Shown: positions 29,902-40,608, counted from the stretch's first letter. The stretch: 64,000 nt of DNA from Desulfobacterales bacterium (GCA_040771865.1 JAXGZF010000008.1:84722-148721); one strand, 5' to 3'. A program made the numbers and translations. The notes: generated by a model not told the origin, from the sequence alone.

Positions 29902-30276
29902 ATGGCTGAAAAGCTCCAGATTTACAAGTGCGAACTTTGCGGAAACATCGTTGAGGTGCTTCATGGCGGCGCCGGTGAGCTGGTTTGCTGCGGAAAGCCG
30001 ATGAAGCTGCTGGTCGAGAACACTACGGATGCGGCGACAGAAAAACATGTGCCCGTGATCGAAAAAACGGCCGGCGGCGTGAACGTCAAAGTCGGCGATG
30101 TGGCCCACCCCATGCTGGAGAAGCACTATATCGAATGGATCGAAATAATTGCCGACGGCAAGGCCTACCGGCAGTTCCTGAATCCCGGAGACGCTCCGGA
30201 GGCAACCTTCAAAGTCGAGGCGAAACAGATTATTGCCAGAGAATACTGCAATCTTCATGGCCTGTGGAAGGCCTGA
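29902..30276 (+). CDS. dfx: Desulfoferrodoxin (2Fe superoxide reductase)
   Basis: CELCGN...CCG, EKHVP, HPM...HYIEW, CNLHG. Confidence 0.97.
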   Translation: MAEKLQIYKCELCGNIVEVLHGGAGELVCCGKPMKLLVENTTDAATEKHVPVIEKTAGGVNVKVGDVAHPMLEKHYIEWIEIIADGKAYRQFLNPGDAPEATFKVEAKQIIAREYCNLHGLWKA

Positions 30277-30375
30277 TGAGGCGGTGGTTTTCTTCTTGTT
30301 AAGCCAACGGCGATCTTCCAACTGAAAACAGAGGTCTGACAACTGCATTCCCGAAGCTTCGGGAAGGGAGGAACG

Positions 30376-30711
30376 ATGAAAAAGCAATGGATCATGGTTT
30401 TTTGCGTTTTGATGCTGGCGGCATCGGTTACTCTGGCCGAATTGAACGCCGGAGATGAGGCGATGATCCTTCCGGGAGGCAAACCGGGCGATGTGGCTTT
30501 TCCTCATAAACTGCATCAGGATGCCTTACAATCCTGCGATGCCTGCCACTCCATGTTCGGGCAGCAGGCCGGCGTCATTCAGACTCAGATGGCCGCCGGT
30601 GAATTGAAACCCAAACAGGTGATGAATTTCTGCACAAACTGCCACCGGCAGGGGGCTGCCGAGGGCCGCAAGAGCGGTCCGACATCCTGCAAGGGCTGTC
30701 ACAGCCGATAG
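30376..30711 (+). CDS. Periplasmic triheme cytochrome, c3/c7 family
   Basis: Signal peptide; VAFPHKLH; CDACH, CTNCH, CKGCH. Confidence 0.88.
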   Translation: MKKQWIMVFCVLMLAASVTLAELNAGDEAMILPGGKPGDVAFPHKLHQDALQSCDACHSMFGQQAGVIQTQMAAGELKPKQVMNFCTNCHRQGAAEGRKSGPTSCKGCHSR

Positions 30712-30720
30712 GAAAGATGC

Positions 30721-31686
30721 ATGAATGTCCTGGGTCTTCAGGGAAGTCCGAGAAAAGGCAACACACTTTTTCTGCTTTCAAAATTCATGAGCGCAACTGA
30801 AAGACTCGGCGCGTCGGTTGCGACGATTGACGTTCAGGATAAAAAAATACTTCCCTGCACGGAATGCAGAGTATGCGAAACCCGAGGTTTTTGTCCCATT
30901 GATGACGACATGACCGCCGAGGTCTATACGCTTCTGCGCGAGGCTGATATTGTCGTCATGGCCGCGCCGGTGTTTTTTTATTCCGTTCCGGCGCAGCTCA
31001 AGGCTCTGATCGATCGGTCTCAGGTTTTGTGGGCCCGTCGGTACCGGCTCGGGCTGGAAGATTCCGGAAACAGGTGGCGAAAAGGCTTTCTGCTTTCTCT
31101 GGGGGCGACTCGGGGAAAAAAGCTTTTTGACGGCATTCGGCTGACCGCCCGGTACTTTTTCAGTGCCATTGGCGCGCGGTTTGAAGGAGATCTCGTTTAC
31201 CGCGGCGTTGAAAACGTCGGTGACTTGGAAAAGCAGGAAGGCGCGGCAGCGGATGTTGAGAAGGCGGTGCAGGAACTGCTGCATCCGTTCCGGCTGCGCA
31301 AAAAGATTTTGTTTGTCTGTACGGATAATGCTAGCCGGAGTCAGATGGCCGCGGCATTTGCCGAGCAGCTTTTCGGAGACAGGCTGGACTGCCTTAGCGC
31401 GGGCAATCAGCCGGCAGCCGAGGTCAATCCCGCGATGGTTGCGGTCATGGCGGAAAAAGATATGGATATGGCCTTTCGCAGGACTCGATCTCTGGATGCG
31501 GTTTTGCGGACGGGGGTTCCGGATATCGTGGTTGTCATGGGGCCGGGCGAAGCCGGTATTCCGGTTCCTGGAGCGGAGCTTCAGGACTGGAATATTCCGG
31601 ACCCTGCGGGCGGTTCATTGGATGTGATGAGAAAGGCTCGCGACCATATCGAAAAACAGGTGCTTGAACGGATCGCACATATCTAA
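30721..31686 (+). CDS. Iron-sulfur flavoprotein / NADPH-FMN reductase domain fused to an ArsC/LMW-PTP-like domain
   Basis: GSPRKGNT, CTECRVC..RGFC, KALIDR; C-terminal LFVCTDNASRSQMA, SAG, WNIPDP. Confidence 0.8.
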   Translation: MNVLGLQGSPRKGNTLFLLSKFMSATERLGASVATIDVQDKKILPCTECRVCETRGFCPIDDDMTAEVYTLLREADIVVMAAPVFFYSVPAQLKALIDRSQVLWARRYRLGLEDSGNRWRKGFLLSLGATRGKKLFDGIRLTARYFFSAIGARFEGDLVYRGVENVGDLEKQEGAAADVEKAVQELLHPFRLRKKILFVCTDNASRSQMAAAFAEQLFGDRLDCLSAGNQPAAEVNPAMVAVMAEKDMDMAFRRTRSLDAVLRTGVPDIVVVMGPGEAGIPVPGAELQDWNIPDPAGGSLDVMRKARDHIEKQVLERIAHI

Positions 31687-31697
31687 TTGTTTTTCCA

Positions 31698-32903
31698 ATG
31701 GAAATTATGAAACACTATGTGATCGTGGGAAACGGTGCGGCGGGAACGAACGCGGCGGATCAGCTGAGACGGCTGGATGCGGAAGCCAAAATCTGCATAA
31801 TCACCGAAGAAGCATTCCCGTTTTATTCCCGCATTCGTCTGATTGATTACATCGCCGGGGATATTACCAAAGAGGCTCTGGTGATCAACAAGAATCAGTG
31901 GTATTTGAATCGCAATATCGAATTGCGTCTGAGCGTTCGAGTTACTTCGGTCGATTCAGCGAATAAGCGGGTTCTGACCGGGCAAAATGAGGCTTTTTCT
32001 TACGACAGACTGCTGCTGGCCACCGGCGCCCATGCCTTTATGCCGAATATTCCCGGCGCGGAGAAAAAGGGCATTTTTACGCTTCGAAACATCGAAGACG
32101 CCGAAGCGATTCGGTCTTTTGCGGATTCATCGCAGCATGTGGTCATGATCGGCGGCGGTCTGCTGGGGCTTGAAACCGGAAACGCCTTGCGCAGGCTGGG
32201 GAAAAAGGTCACTGTAGTGGAATTCTTTCCACGCCTGCTGCCGAGGCAGCTGGATGTGCCGGCCGCCGACCTGCTTGCCGGAACGATGACAAAAATGGGA
32301 TTTTCATTATATCTTGGCCGGAAAATAAAGCAAATCGTCGGCCCGGATCAGGTCAAAGGGGTGATGCTGGAAAGCGGGGAAACGCTTCCTGCGGACATGG
32401 TTGTAGTTTCGGCCGGCGTTCGGCCGAACATGAAGCTGGCTGAATCCCTGAAGCTGCACCGCAGTAAGGGGATCGAGGTGGACGAGGGTATGCGCGCTTC
32501 GTTGCCGGGCATTTACGCGGCAGGCGACGTGGCGGAATATAAGGGCGTCCTTTACGGCATCTGGCCCGCTGCAATGGAACAGGGTAAAATCGCGGGTTCC
32601 AATATGGCCGGCGTGAATGCGGCATATGAGGGAACGACGGCGTCCAACCAGTTGAAGGTTGCCGGCATCGATCTGGCCGCGGCCGGTAATATCGATGCCG
32701 AGTGCGCCATCGAATCCAGAACATTTCAGGAGGATGGGGTTTACAGAAAGTGCGTCTTTGAAGACAATCGGCTTGTCGGGTGCATCCTGCAAGGAGACAC
32801 TAGCGGTTTTCAGGCCATGCTGCGCCTGATTCGGCAGAAGCAGGACGTATCCGTGTACAAGGATGATATGGCCTTGAAAGACTTTGATTTCAATGTGGTC
32901 TGA
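31698..32903 (+). CDS. FAD-dependent NAD(P)H:rubredoxin oxidoreductase-like protein
   Basis: [28 protein letters not shown]; directly upstream of rubredoxin. Confidence 0.85.
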   Translation: MEIMKHYVIVGNGAAGTNAADQLRRLDAEAKICIITEEAFPFYSRIRLIDYIAGDITKEALVINKNQWYLNRNIELRLSVRVTSVDSANKRVLTGQNEAFSYDRLLLATGAHAFMPNIPGAEKKGIFTLRNIEDAEAIRSFADSSQHVVMIGGGLLGLETGNALRRLGKKVTVVEFFPRLLPRQLDVPAADLLAGTMTKMGFSLYLGRKIKQIVGPDQVKGVMLESGETLPADMVVVSAGVRPNMKLAESLKLHRSKGIEVDEGMRASLPGIYAAGDVAEYKGVLYGIWPAAMEQGKIAGSNMAGVNAAYEGTTASNQLKVAGIDLAAAGNIDAECAIESRTFQEDGVYRKCVFEDNRLVGCILQGDTSGFQAMLRLIRQKQDVSVYKDDMALKDFDFNVV

Positions 32904-32944
32904 TGCGCCTTTTGTATAGAGAACGCGCCGAAAGGAGGATGGTG

Positions 32945-33106
32945 ATGGCGAAATACGTCTGTACGGTTTGTGGGTATGTGTATGATCCGGCCCAGGGAGA
33001 TCCGGATAACGGCATCGATCCGGGCACGCGCTTTGAAGATCTGCCGGAGGATTGGGTTTGTCCACTGTGCGGTGCTTCCAAGGGCGAGTTTGAACAGGAA
33101 AAATAG
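32945..33106 (+). CDS. rub: Rubredoxin
   Basis: [10 protein letters not shown]...[19 protein letters not shown]. Confidence 0.97.
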   Translation: MAKYVCTVCGYVYDPAQGDPDNGIDPGTRFEDLPEDWVCPLCGASKGEFEQEK

Positions 33107-33137
33107 ACGAACGGCGAACGGGTTTTCGACAAGGCTT

Positions 33138-33182
33138 GAAATGCCCTTTACCGGCGAAGCATTTCGCTGCAAAGGGCATTTC
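33138..33182 (+). other. Intergenic hairpin between rubredoxin and FprA
   Basis: GAAATGCCCTTT...AAAGGGCATTTC 12-bp outer stem with an inner GCGAA/TTCGC stem. Confidence 0.55.
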
Positions 33183-33224
33183 TTTCAGAATGCAACCAGC
33201 GCGTAAAAAAGGAGGCGACTTGAG

Positions 33225-34412
33225 ATGAAACCGGTTCAGATTGCGGAAAAGATTTTCGACGTCGGCGTGACGGACTGGAATATTCGGGATTTTCACGGAT
33301 ATTCGACCGAGCAGGGCAGTACCTATAACGCCTTTTTAATTCTGGATGAGAAAATCGCGCTGATCGATACGGTTAAAAAAGAGTACGCGGATCAGCTGTT
33401 GAGCCAGATCTCGCAGATCGTGGATCCCGCAAGGATCGATTACGTGATCAGCAATCATACGGAGATGGATCATACCGGAGCTCTCGCACAGGTCATGCAG
33501 GCCGTCGGCCCGGATACGCCGCTGGTCTGTTCCAAAATGGGCCACAAGAACCTTTCGGCGCATTTTCGAAACGCCTGGAACTATCAGACCGTGCAGAGCA
33601 AGGATACGCTGGGCCTGGGAAGCAGAACCCTGAGCTTTCTGGAAACCCGGATGCTGCACTGGCCGGACAGCATGTTCACCTATCTCGCGGAGGATAAGAT
33701 CCTTTTTTCCAGCGATGCTTTCGGGCAGCATTATGCCGGTCCTGAAAAATACGATGATGTCATGGACGAGGCGGTCATGCCCCATGCGAGGAAATATTTC
33801 GCCAACATCCTGCTGCCGTATTCGGACCTGATTTTAAAGCTTCTCGACCAGGTCGGCCAAATGGGTCTGGAAATCAGAATGATCTGCCCGGACCACGGGA
33901 TCATCTGGCGCAAACAGCCCGAAAAGATTATTGAGGCCTACGATCGATGGAGCCGGCAGATTCCTGAAAAAAAAGCGCTGGTGGTTTACGACACCATGTG
34001 GCACAGCACGGAAAAAATGGCGGAAGCCATTGTGGCTGGCTTTATCGAAGCCGGCGTGTGGGCCCGCCCTATTCATATCCGTTCTTCGCATCGAAGCGAT
34101 ATCATGGCGGAACTGATGGATGCCAGGGCGATCGTGGTCGGCTCTCCCACCCTGAACAACGGGCTTTTCCCAACGGTCAGCGATTTTCTGACCTATATGA
34201 AGGGGCTTCGTCCCAAAAACAAAATCGGCGCTGCTTTCGGTTCCTACGGTTGGAGCGGCGAGGCGGTGAAGCTCGTCAACAAGGAGCTTGAGGACGCCAA
34301 GATTCAGCTGGCGGATACAGGTTTGAAGATCGCTTATGTTCCCGGTCCTGAACAGCTGAAACAGTGCATGGATTTCGGAAAGAAGATCGCCGCCGCCGTT
34401 CTGGCGGATTAA
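33225..34412 (+). CDS. fprA: Flavodiiron protein (FprA/ROO, O2/NO reductase)
   Basis: HTEMDH, HWPD, SSDAFGQH, PDHG; flavodoxin domain FGSYGWSG. Confidence 0.95.
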   Translation: MKPVQIAEKIFDVGVTDWNIRDFHGYSTEQGSTYNAFLILDEKIALIDTVKKEYADQLLSQISQIVDPARIDYVISNHTEMDHTGALAQVMQAVGPDTPLVCSKMGHKNLSAHFRNAWNYQTVQSKDTLGLGSRTLSFLETRMLHWPDSMFTYLAEDKILFSSDAFGQHYAGPEKYDDVMDEAVMPHARKYFANILLPYSDLILKLLDQVGQMGLEIRMICPDHGIIWRKQPEKIIEAYDRWSRQIPEKKALVVYDTMWHSTEKMAEAIVAGFIEAGVWARPIHIRSSHRSDIMAELMDARAIVVGSPTLNNGLFPTVSDFLTYMKGLRPKNKIGAAFGSYGWSGEAVKLVNKELEDAKIQLADTGLKIAYVPGPEQLKQCMDFGKKIAAAVLAD

Positions 34413-34440
34413 CCCGGTCGGTTTCCGAATCAGGACCTGC

Positions 34441-35364
34441 TCAGGCTTCACTCGGCAGCACGTACTTCCCCTGCCGGGAATTTCTGGCTTCCAGGGTCTG
34501 CAGAATCAGATTCAGGGTTTCTGTTTTTTTCAGAGCCCATTCCGGCGCTGCCAGTTCATTCGAATGCGGGTCTCCGGTCAGCCTTTGAATCACCGTCTGC
34601 TTCGGCAGCCGTTCCAGGAAATCACAGACCAGGTTCACGTACTCGATTTGTTCCAGGCATTGATAGCTGCCATGGCGGTACATCGATTCCAGAACCGTGC
34701 CCCGTACGACATATAGCAGGTGAACCTTGACGCCGTCGATGGCCAGATCGGCTAAAAAATCAGCTGTCTGAAGCATATGGTTTCTGGTTTCACCGGGAAG
34801 GCCCAGAATCACATGGGCGCAGACAGGAATGCCATGCTGCCGTGCCGCCTGGACGGCCCGGACGAAACAGGCCGCATCATGCCCGCGGTTGATGGCGGAG
34901 AGCGTGGCGTCATGGGCGGATTGCAGCCCGTATTCCAGCCAGATCAGACATCGGCGCGCATAGCCTTCCAGCAGCTCCAGTATCGGTTCGGACACGCAGT
35001 CCGGCCGGGTGCCGATGGAAAGCCCGACGACTCCCTCGACGCTCAGCGCTTCTTCATACAGGGCTTTGAGCCGGTCAAGGGGGGCGTAGGTGTTGGAATA
35101 GGACTGAAAGTAAGCGATAAATTTATCGGCATGATACCGCCTGGACATGGCCGCCTTGCCCCGAATCAGCTGTTCCGTGATGGACAGCCCCCTGGCGGCG
35201 TCGCCGGTTCCGGAACCCTTCATGTTGCAGTAAATGCAGCCGTTTTTTGAAAGGGCGCCGTCGCGGTTCGGGCAGGTCAGACCGGCGTCTATGGTGATTT
35301 TCTGCACCCGGCAACCGAAGCGGTTTCTCATATAGGCGTTAAGATCGTTGTACCGTTTTTCCAT
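34441..35364 (-). CDS. TIGR01212 (YhcC/YtqA) family radical SAM protein
   Basis: AGLTCPNRDG....GCIYC, AYFQSYSNTY, GTRPDC, EYGLQS, RGH. Confidence 0.92.
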   Translation of the reverse strand: MEKRYNDLNAYMRNRFGCRVQKITIDAGLTCPNRDGALSKNGCIYCNMKGSGTGDAARGLSITEQLIRGKAAMSRRYHADKFIAYFQSYSNTYAPLDRLKALYEEALSVEGVVGLSIGTRPDCVSEPILELLEGYARRCLIWLEYGLQSAHDATLSAINRGHDAACFVRAVQAARQHGIPVCAHVILGLPGETRNHMLQTADFLADLAIDGVKVHLLYVVRGTVLESMYRHGSYQCLEQIEYVNLVCDFLERLPKQTVIQRLTGDPHSNELAAPEWALKKTETLNLILQTLEARNSRQGKYVLPSEA

Positions 35365-35371
35365 GATCGTC

Positions 35372-35400
35372 TTGACCCGAATCCCATCCGGCTATATGGT
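35372..35400 (+). promoter_or_regulatory. Putative sigma70 promoter of mnmG
   Basis: TTGACC-N17-TATGGT. Confidence 0.45.
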
Positions 35401-35485
35401 GATTGCGTTTTTTATTTTGTTCCGTGCGTTGCATTCGAAGGGAAAAGCCTTATCGTTTAAATAATTTTAAATCAATGTATCATCG

Positions 35486-37357
35486 ATGGGATATTCAAAA
35501 CAATACGATATTGTCGTAGTCGGCGCCGGTCATGCGGGCTGCGAGGCCGCACTGGCCGCGGCGCGCATGGGGTGCAGCGTATTGCTGACCGCAATCGATC
35601 TGGACAAGGTGGCCGCCATGCCCTGCAGCCCCTCAATCGGCGGAACCGCCAAGGGACAGATGGTCAAGGAAATCGACGCCCTGGGCGGCGAGATGGCCCG
35701 GGCCGCTGATCAGACCGCCATTCAGTACCGGATTCTCAACACGAAAAAGGGACCGGCGGTGCAGTCCACCCGGACCCAGAATGACAAGAACCGGTATCAC
35801 CGGTACATGAAGTCTGTGGTGGAAAAACAGCCGAATCTCGAGCTGAAGCAGGCTCTGGTAGAGTCTCTGATCGTGGAAGACGGCCGCGCGGTCGGAGTGA
35901 AGGATCACACGGGATTCGAATACCCGGCCAAAGCGGTGATTCTGGCCACGGGAACCTTTCTCAGCGGTCTGGTGCATATCGGTTTCCGGTCCATTCAGGC
36001 GGGAAGGGCTGGCGAGTTTTCCGCGCACGCTCTTGCCGGCGATCTGAAATCGCTTGACTTTGAGCTCGGGCGCATGAAAACCGGAACCCCGCCGAGGCTG
36101 AAAAAATCCAGCATTGATTTTGACGCGTTTCAGATCCATCCAGGAGACGAGACGCTTTTCGCCTTTTCCGTGTTTACGGACAGAATTCCACTGGAGCAGC
36201 GGCCGAGCTATATCGGATACACCAATTCGGAAAGTCGGCGCATTGTCCGGGAAAACCTGAAAAAGAGCGCGCTTTACGGCGGCATGATCACGGGCATTTC
36301 GGCAAGGTACTGTCCGTCTTTCGAAGACAAGGTTGTCCGGTTTCCCGAACGAGACCGGCATCAGGTGATTCTGGAACCCGAGGGGCTGGATACCGAAGAG
36401 ATTTACGCGAGCGGGTTGGGAAACAGCCTGCCCCTGGAAATTCAGCTGGATTTCGTCCATTCGGTCAAGGGCCTGGAGTCAGCCGAGATCATGCGTCCGG
36501 CGTACGCCATCGAATACGATTACGTCAATCCGGTTCAGCTCAAGCCCACCCTGGAGACCAAGCGGATCTCCGGTCTCTTCATGGCCGGGCAGATCAACGG
36601 AACCTCCGGGTACGAGGAGGCCGCCGGTCAGGGGATATGGGCCGGCATCAACGCGGCCTGCCGTATTCAGGGCCGGCCGCCTCTGGTGCTGGATCGATCC
36701 CAGGCCTATCTTTCGGTCATGGTGGATGACCTGGTGACCCGGGGTACCCGGGAGCCCTACCGCATGTTTACCTCGAGAGCCGAATACCGCCTGATGCTGC
36801 GCGAGGATAACACCGAATTCCGTCTGATGGAGATCGGTCATGAACTGGGCCTGATCGGAAAGGATGCGGTTCAAGCGCTTCGGGAAAGAACGGAAAAAAT
36901 TCGCCGGGAAATTCAAAGGATCAAAAGCACGGTCGTCAAACCCCTGCCCCAGGTCAACAAATACCTGAAACTTCGTGGAACCCAGCCCATCAGCCAGGGG
37001 ATTCATCTGGATCAACTTTTGAAAAGGGTTGAACTCGACTACCAGGCTGTTGAGGCCCTGTCCAAAAGCCCGGAGACGATCGATGACAATGCCGCGCGTC
37101 AGGTAGAGATCGAGATCAAATACGAAGGCTACATCGAGCGCCAGCTCAGGGAAATCGAAAAATTCAAGAGTCTTGAAAAAATCAGAATTCCCGAGAATTT
37201 TGACTTTTCAAAGGTACACGGGCTATCCACCGAGCTGAAGGAAAAACTGTCCGCGGTGCATCCAGCATCCCTGGGCCAGGCTTCCCGTATCGACGGCATG
37301 ACCCCCTCGGCACTGTCGGTGATCATGATTGCGCTGAAGGCGGCTGAACCGTTATGA
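35486..37357 (+). CDS. mnmG: tRNA uridine-5-carboxymethylaminomethyl(34) synthesis enzyme
   Basis: [52 protein letters not shown]. Confidence 0.98.
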   Translation: MGYSKQYDIVVVGAGHAGCEAALAAARMGCSVLLTAIDLDKVAAMPCSPSIGGTAKGQMVKEIDALGGEMARAADQTAIQYRILNTKKGPAVQSTRTQNDKNRYHRYMKSVVEKQPNLELKQALVESLIVEDGRAVGVKDHTGFEYPAKAVILATGTFLSGLVHIGFRSIQAGRAGEFSAHALAGDLKSLDFELGRMKTGTPPRLKKSSIDFDAFQIHPGDETLFAFSVFTDRIPLEQRPSYIGYTNSESRRIVRENLKKSALYGGMITGISARYCPSFEDKVVRFPERDRHQVILEPEGLDTEEIYASGLGNSLPLEIQLDFVHSVKGLESAEIMRPAYAIEYDYVNPVQLKPTLETKRISGLFMAGQINGTSGYEEAAGQGIWAGINAACRIQGRPPLVLDRSQAYLSVMVDDLVTRGTREPYRMFTSRAEYRLMLREDNTEFRLMEIGHELGLIGKDAVQALRERTEKIRREIQRIKSTVVKPLPQVNKYLKLRGTQPISQGIHLDQLLKRVELDYQAVEALSKSPETIDDNAARQVEIEIKYEGYIERQLREIEKFKSLEKIRIPENFDFSKVHGLSTELKEKLSAVHPASLGQASRIDGMTPSALSVIMIALKAAEPL

Positions 37358-37434
37358 TCTTGCCCCGGCGGTATCCTCAGCCGGGCTGTTAATATGAAAT
37401 TAAGATACAGGATTGAATCACGAGGTAAATTCGA

Positions 37435-38337
37435 ATGTCGGAGACGGATTATTATAAGGCTCTCGGCGTAAACCGGGATGCAACCGAAGATCAGATCAAG
37501 AAGGCCTACCGAAAACTGGCCATGAAATATCACCCGGATCGCAACAAGGACGACAAGGGCGCCGAAGAGAAGTTTAAGGCGATCAGCGAAGCCTATGCGG
37601 TTCTGGGCGATGCGGAAAAGCGAAAACAGTATGATACCTTCGGCGCCAGTGGTTTTCATCAGCGGTATTCTCAGGAAGACATTTTCAGCAACTTTGATTT
37701 CGCCAGTATATTCAAAGATATCGGAATCGGCGGTTTTGATTTTCGATCCGGCGCCGGACGCAGGTTCTCGTTCGGCGGAGGCCCGTTCGGCCCTCAACCC
37801 CGTCGGCCTTCAAAGGGGCAGAATCTGATCTACGAACTACCGCTGACGATTCGGGAGATTGCAGCGGGCGCCAGCAAGGTGATCACCCTGCAGGATGAGG
37901 GAGGAGGCTCCGAACAGCTGACCGTGAAGATTCCCCCCGGAATGGTGGAAGGAAAAAAACTCAGGCTGGCCGGTAAGGGCAGACCCGGAGTGAACGGCGG
38001 GCCGAAGGGGGACCTGTATATTCGGGCCAGAGTGGAGCCGGATTCCCGGTACCGGCTGGAGGACCACGATGTGACGATGGACTGTTCCATCAAATTGTCC
38101 GAAGCGCTTCTGGGAACAACGGTTTCCATCCCCACCCTCGACGGAGCGACTCTGAAATTGAAGATTCCTTCCGGAACGAATCACCGGGCCCGATTGCGGA
38201 TCACCGGGCGGGGCATACCCCGCATGCATGGTGCCGGCACGGGGGATCTTTATGTCTGCATTCAGGTAGAAATGCCGAAGTCTTTGAGCGAAGAACAGAA
38301 ACAATTCGTCGAGAAACTGGCTCAAACCGGTTTGTAA
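37435..38337 (+). CDS. Class B DnaJ co-chaperone (CbpA-like)
   Basis: J domain with HPD, G/F region, C-terminal domains, no zinc finger. Confidence 0.9.
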   Translation: MSETDYYKALGVNRDATEDQIKKAYRKLAMKYHPDRNKDDKGAEEKFKAISEAYAVLGDAEKRKQYDTFGASGFHQRYSQEDIFSNFDFASIFKDIGIGGFDFRSGAGRRFSFGGGPFGPQPRRPSKGQNLIYELPLTIREIAAGASKVITLQDEGGGSEQLTVKIPPGMVEGKKLRLAGKGRPGVNGGPKGDLYIRARVEPDSRYRLEDHDVTMDCSIKLSEALLGTTVSIPTLDGATLKLKIPSGTNHRARLRITGRGIPRMHGAGTGDLYVCIQVEMPKSLSEEQKQFVEKLAQTGL

Positions 38338-38483
38338 CCGATCAAATTCATTGACAAGTGAAGGCATAAGGAGTAAAGAATTCAAGTTAATGGTTCATAT
38401 TTTTCGTCAGCGTTTGTGTTCCAGAAGATCAGCGGGGGATGATCCGCGAACGCGCTAACCCTTAATGCACCCCGGATTCTAAG

Positions 38484-39002
38484 ATGAGTGAACTGGTTCC
38501 TGTTCTGAGCAAAGAGGAAATTGACGAAAAGGTCCGGGCGATCAGCCGTCGAATATCGAACGATTATAAGGATCATGAGCTGGTCATCGTGTCGGTGCTC
38601 AAAGGCGCTTTTATCTTTCTGGCGGACCTGGTGCGGCATCTGACAATACCGGTTCAGATCGACTTTGTGCGGACATCGAGTTATGGCAGTGGAACCGTCT
38701 CCAGCGGGTCGATCGTTCTCAGCAAGGACATTGAACTGGATATCAAAGGCAAGGACGTTCTGATCGTGGACGATATCGTGGATACGGGCCTGACCCTGTC
38801 CTTTCTGGTTGAGCACCTGCGGTCCTTTGGGCCCAGGACGGTGAAAATCTGCGCCCTGCTCGCCAAGCAGGAACGGCGTCAAACCGCGGTTCACGTGGAT
38901 TATGTCTGCCATGAGTTCATGCAGGGATTTCTCGTCGGTTACGGGCTCGATTACGCGGAAGCCTATCGGCATCTGCCTGCAATTTATCACCTGAAATTAT
39001 AA
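38484..39002 (+). CDS. hpt: Hypoxanthine phosphoribosyltransferase
   Basis: VLKGAFIF, SSYG, IVDDIVDTGLT, GYGLDY; TTGACA-N17-TAAAGA upstream at 38351. Confidence 0.96.
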   Translation: MSELVPVLSKEEIDEKVRAISRRISNDYKDHELVIVSVLKGAFIFLADLVRHLTIPVQIDFVRTSSYGSGTVSSGSIVLSKDIELDIKGKDVLIVDDIVDTGLTLSFLVEHLRSFGPRTVKICALLAKQERRQTAVHVDYVCHEFMQGFLVGYGLDYAEAYRHLPAIYHLKL

Positions 39003-39017
39003 CGATGAGGGTACACC

Positions 39018-40544
39018 ATGATTATTACCTGTGATAAGTGCAATACCCGGTTTTCCTTGGATGATGCGCTGGTCAAGGCAACGGGCACAAAGGTTCGTTG
39101 CAAGCAGTGCGAACATGTATTTGATGTGTACCCTTCAGGCAAGCCGGCATTCGACGACAAAGTCGATGTGGAAATCAGCGGCCTTGAAATGGAAAACAAA
39201 AGCCTTTCCGCTGAAAAGGGGGGCGACGTTCCGGGGCACAAACCCGGAGGAATTGATTTTGATTTTGAGTTCGAAGAGTCAGACCAAGAATCCCAGGATG
39301 CGGATAAAGGCCTGGAACTCGAAGATGGGGAGCTGCAGTTTGAGCTGGAGATGGAATCCGGGGGGCAGACCAGAGACAAGGGTTTGCAGATGGAACTGGA
39401 TACCGGCGACGAGGACCTGAAGCTTGAGCTCGAATCTTCGGGCAGGGAACCGGAAGATGCCCTCACGCCGAAAGCCGACGATGAAGAAGAAGAGTTCGAA
39501 CTGGATCTGGACCTGGAGCCTGTCGAATTCAAGGGCTCTGAACCCGAAAAGGGGGCTTTCGAAGAGGAGATAGACATTTCCGAAATCGAAAAGATGCTGG
39601 AGTCGGAAGAAGAGGGTCCTGAACCCGCAGGCGGCGACGAAGATACCGAACTGGATCTGGAACTGGATCTGGAAGATGAAGAAGCCATGGAATCCGCATC
39701 CTCTCTTGAGGAGGACACCGCCGAAGAGGAGGGCTTCGATATCAATCTGTCCCTTGAGGGGGAGCCTGAGACAGACTTTGCACCCACCGAACCGGTTGAT
39801 TCGAAAAACAGGCCCGTCCAGTTTCCTAAAAAGAAGGACGCCGAGGTCGAGCCTGAAGAGCCCCTGGTGATGGCGGATAAGGAGCGGCCTGCCGTTCAGC
39901 CACCGTCCTTTGATATCGGCACCCTCGCGGAGCCGGAGGTGGCGCAGGATGCGGAAGAAGAGGAAGAAGCCCCTTATTCAATAGGATCCTATCAGCCTGA
40001 AACACATAGAGGCTCGAGACTACCGGTTTTCCTGCTGGTGATTTTACTTCTGGCCGGAGCGGGTTACGGCGCTTTCTGGCTGATGCAAAACAAGGGGATT
40101 AAGATTCCCGTTATTTCACAGCTGTTCACAACGTCCGCTGCCGACAAGACGGGTAACCTGAATATCTCCACAACGGAGGTCGCCAGCCGGTTTGTGACAA
40201 CGGCAAAACAGGGCCGGCTGTTTGTCATAACCGGAAAGGCCAGAAACGATTACGCCGAGGCTCGAAGCGCGATCAAGATTACGGCAAAGCTCTATGCTCC
40301 CGGCAAGGTGCTTGTCGCCACTCAGAGCGTGTTCTGCGGCAATTTTTTGTCGAATCTTGAACTGGAAAGCCTGGATATCGAAACAATACAGAAAATATTG
40401 CAGAACCCTTCCGGAGACAATTATTCCGGAGATCGCGTCGAGCCGGGCAAGGAAATTCCCTTTATGGTTGTTTTCTCCAGTCTGCCGGATAATTTGGACG
40501 AGTTCACCGTAGAGGTGGAAGGCTCTTCCCCGGTGAAGCCCTGA
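39018..40544 (+). CDS. Zinc-ribbon (MJ0042-type) / acidic linker / TM / DUF3426-like protein
   Basis: CDKC...KVRCKQC, long Asp/Glu-rich region, one TM, C-terminal beta domain ending PFMVVF. Confidence 0.8.
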   Translation: MIITCDKCNTRFSLDDALVKATGTKVRCKQCEHVFDVYPSGKPAFDDKVDVEISGLEMENKSLSAEKGGDVPGHKPGGIDFDFEFEESDQESQDADKGLELEDGELQFELEMESGGQTRDKGLQMELDTGDEDLKLELESSGREPEDALTPKADDEEEEFELDLDLEPVEFKGSEPEKGAFEEEIDISEIEKMLESEEEGPEPAGGDEDTELDLELDLEDEEAMESASSLEEDTAEEEGFDINLSLEGEPETDFAPTEPVDSKNRPVQFPKKKDAEVEPEEPLVMADKERPAVQPPSFDIGTLAEPEVAQDAEEEEEAPYSIGSYQPETHRGSRLPVFLLVILLLAGAGYGAFWLMQNKGIKIPVISQLFTTSAADKTGNLNISTTEVASRFVTTAKQGRLFVITGKARNDYAEARSAIKITAKLYAPGKVLVATQSVFCGNFLSNLELESLDIETIQKILQNPSGDNYSGDRVEPGKEIPFMVVFSSLPDNLDEFTVEVEGSSPVKP

Positions 40545-40556
40545 ACAAAAAACGTC

Positions 40557-40585
40557 TTGACTAAGACGAATTGAGCTGTTAAAGA
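40557..40585 (+). promoter_or_regulatory. Putative promoter of tRNA-Met
   Basis: TTGACT-N17-TAAAGA. Confidence 0.55.
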
Positions 40586-40608
40586 CGGCTTTCAAAAAAA
40601 CAACCCGA

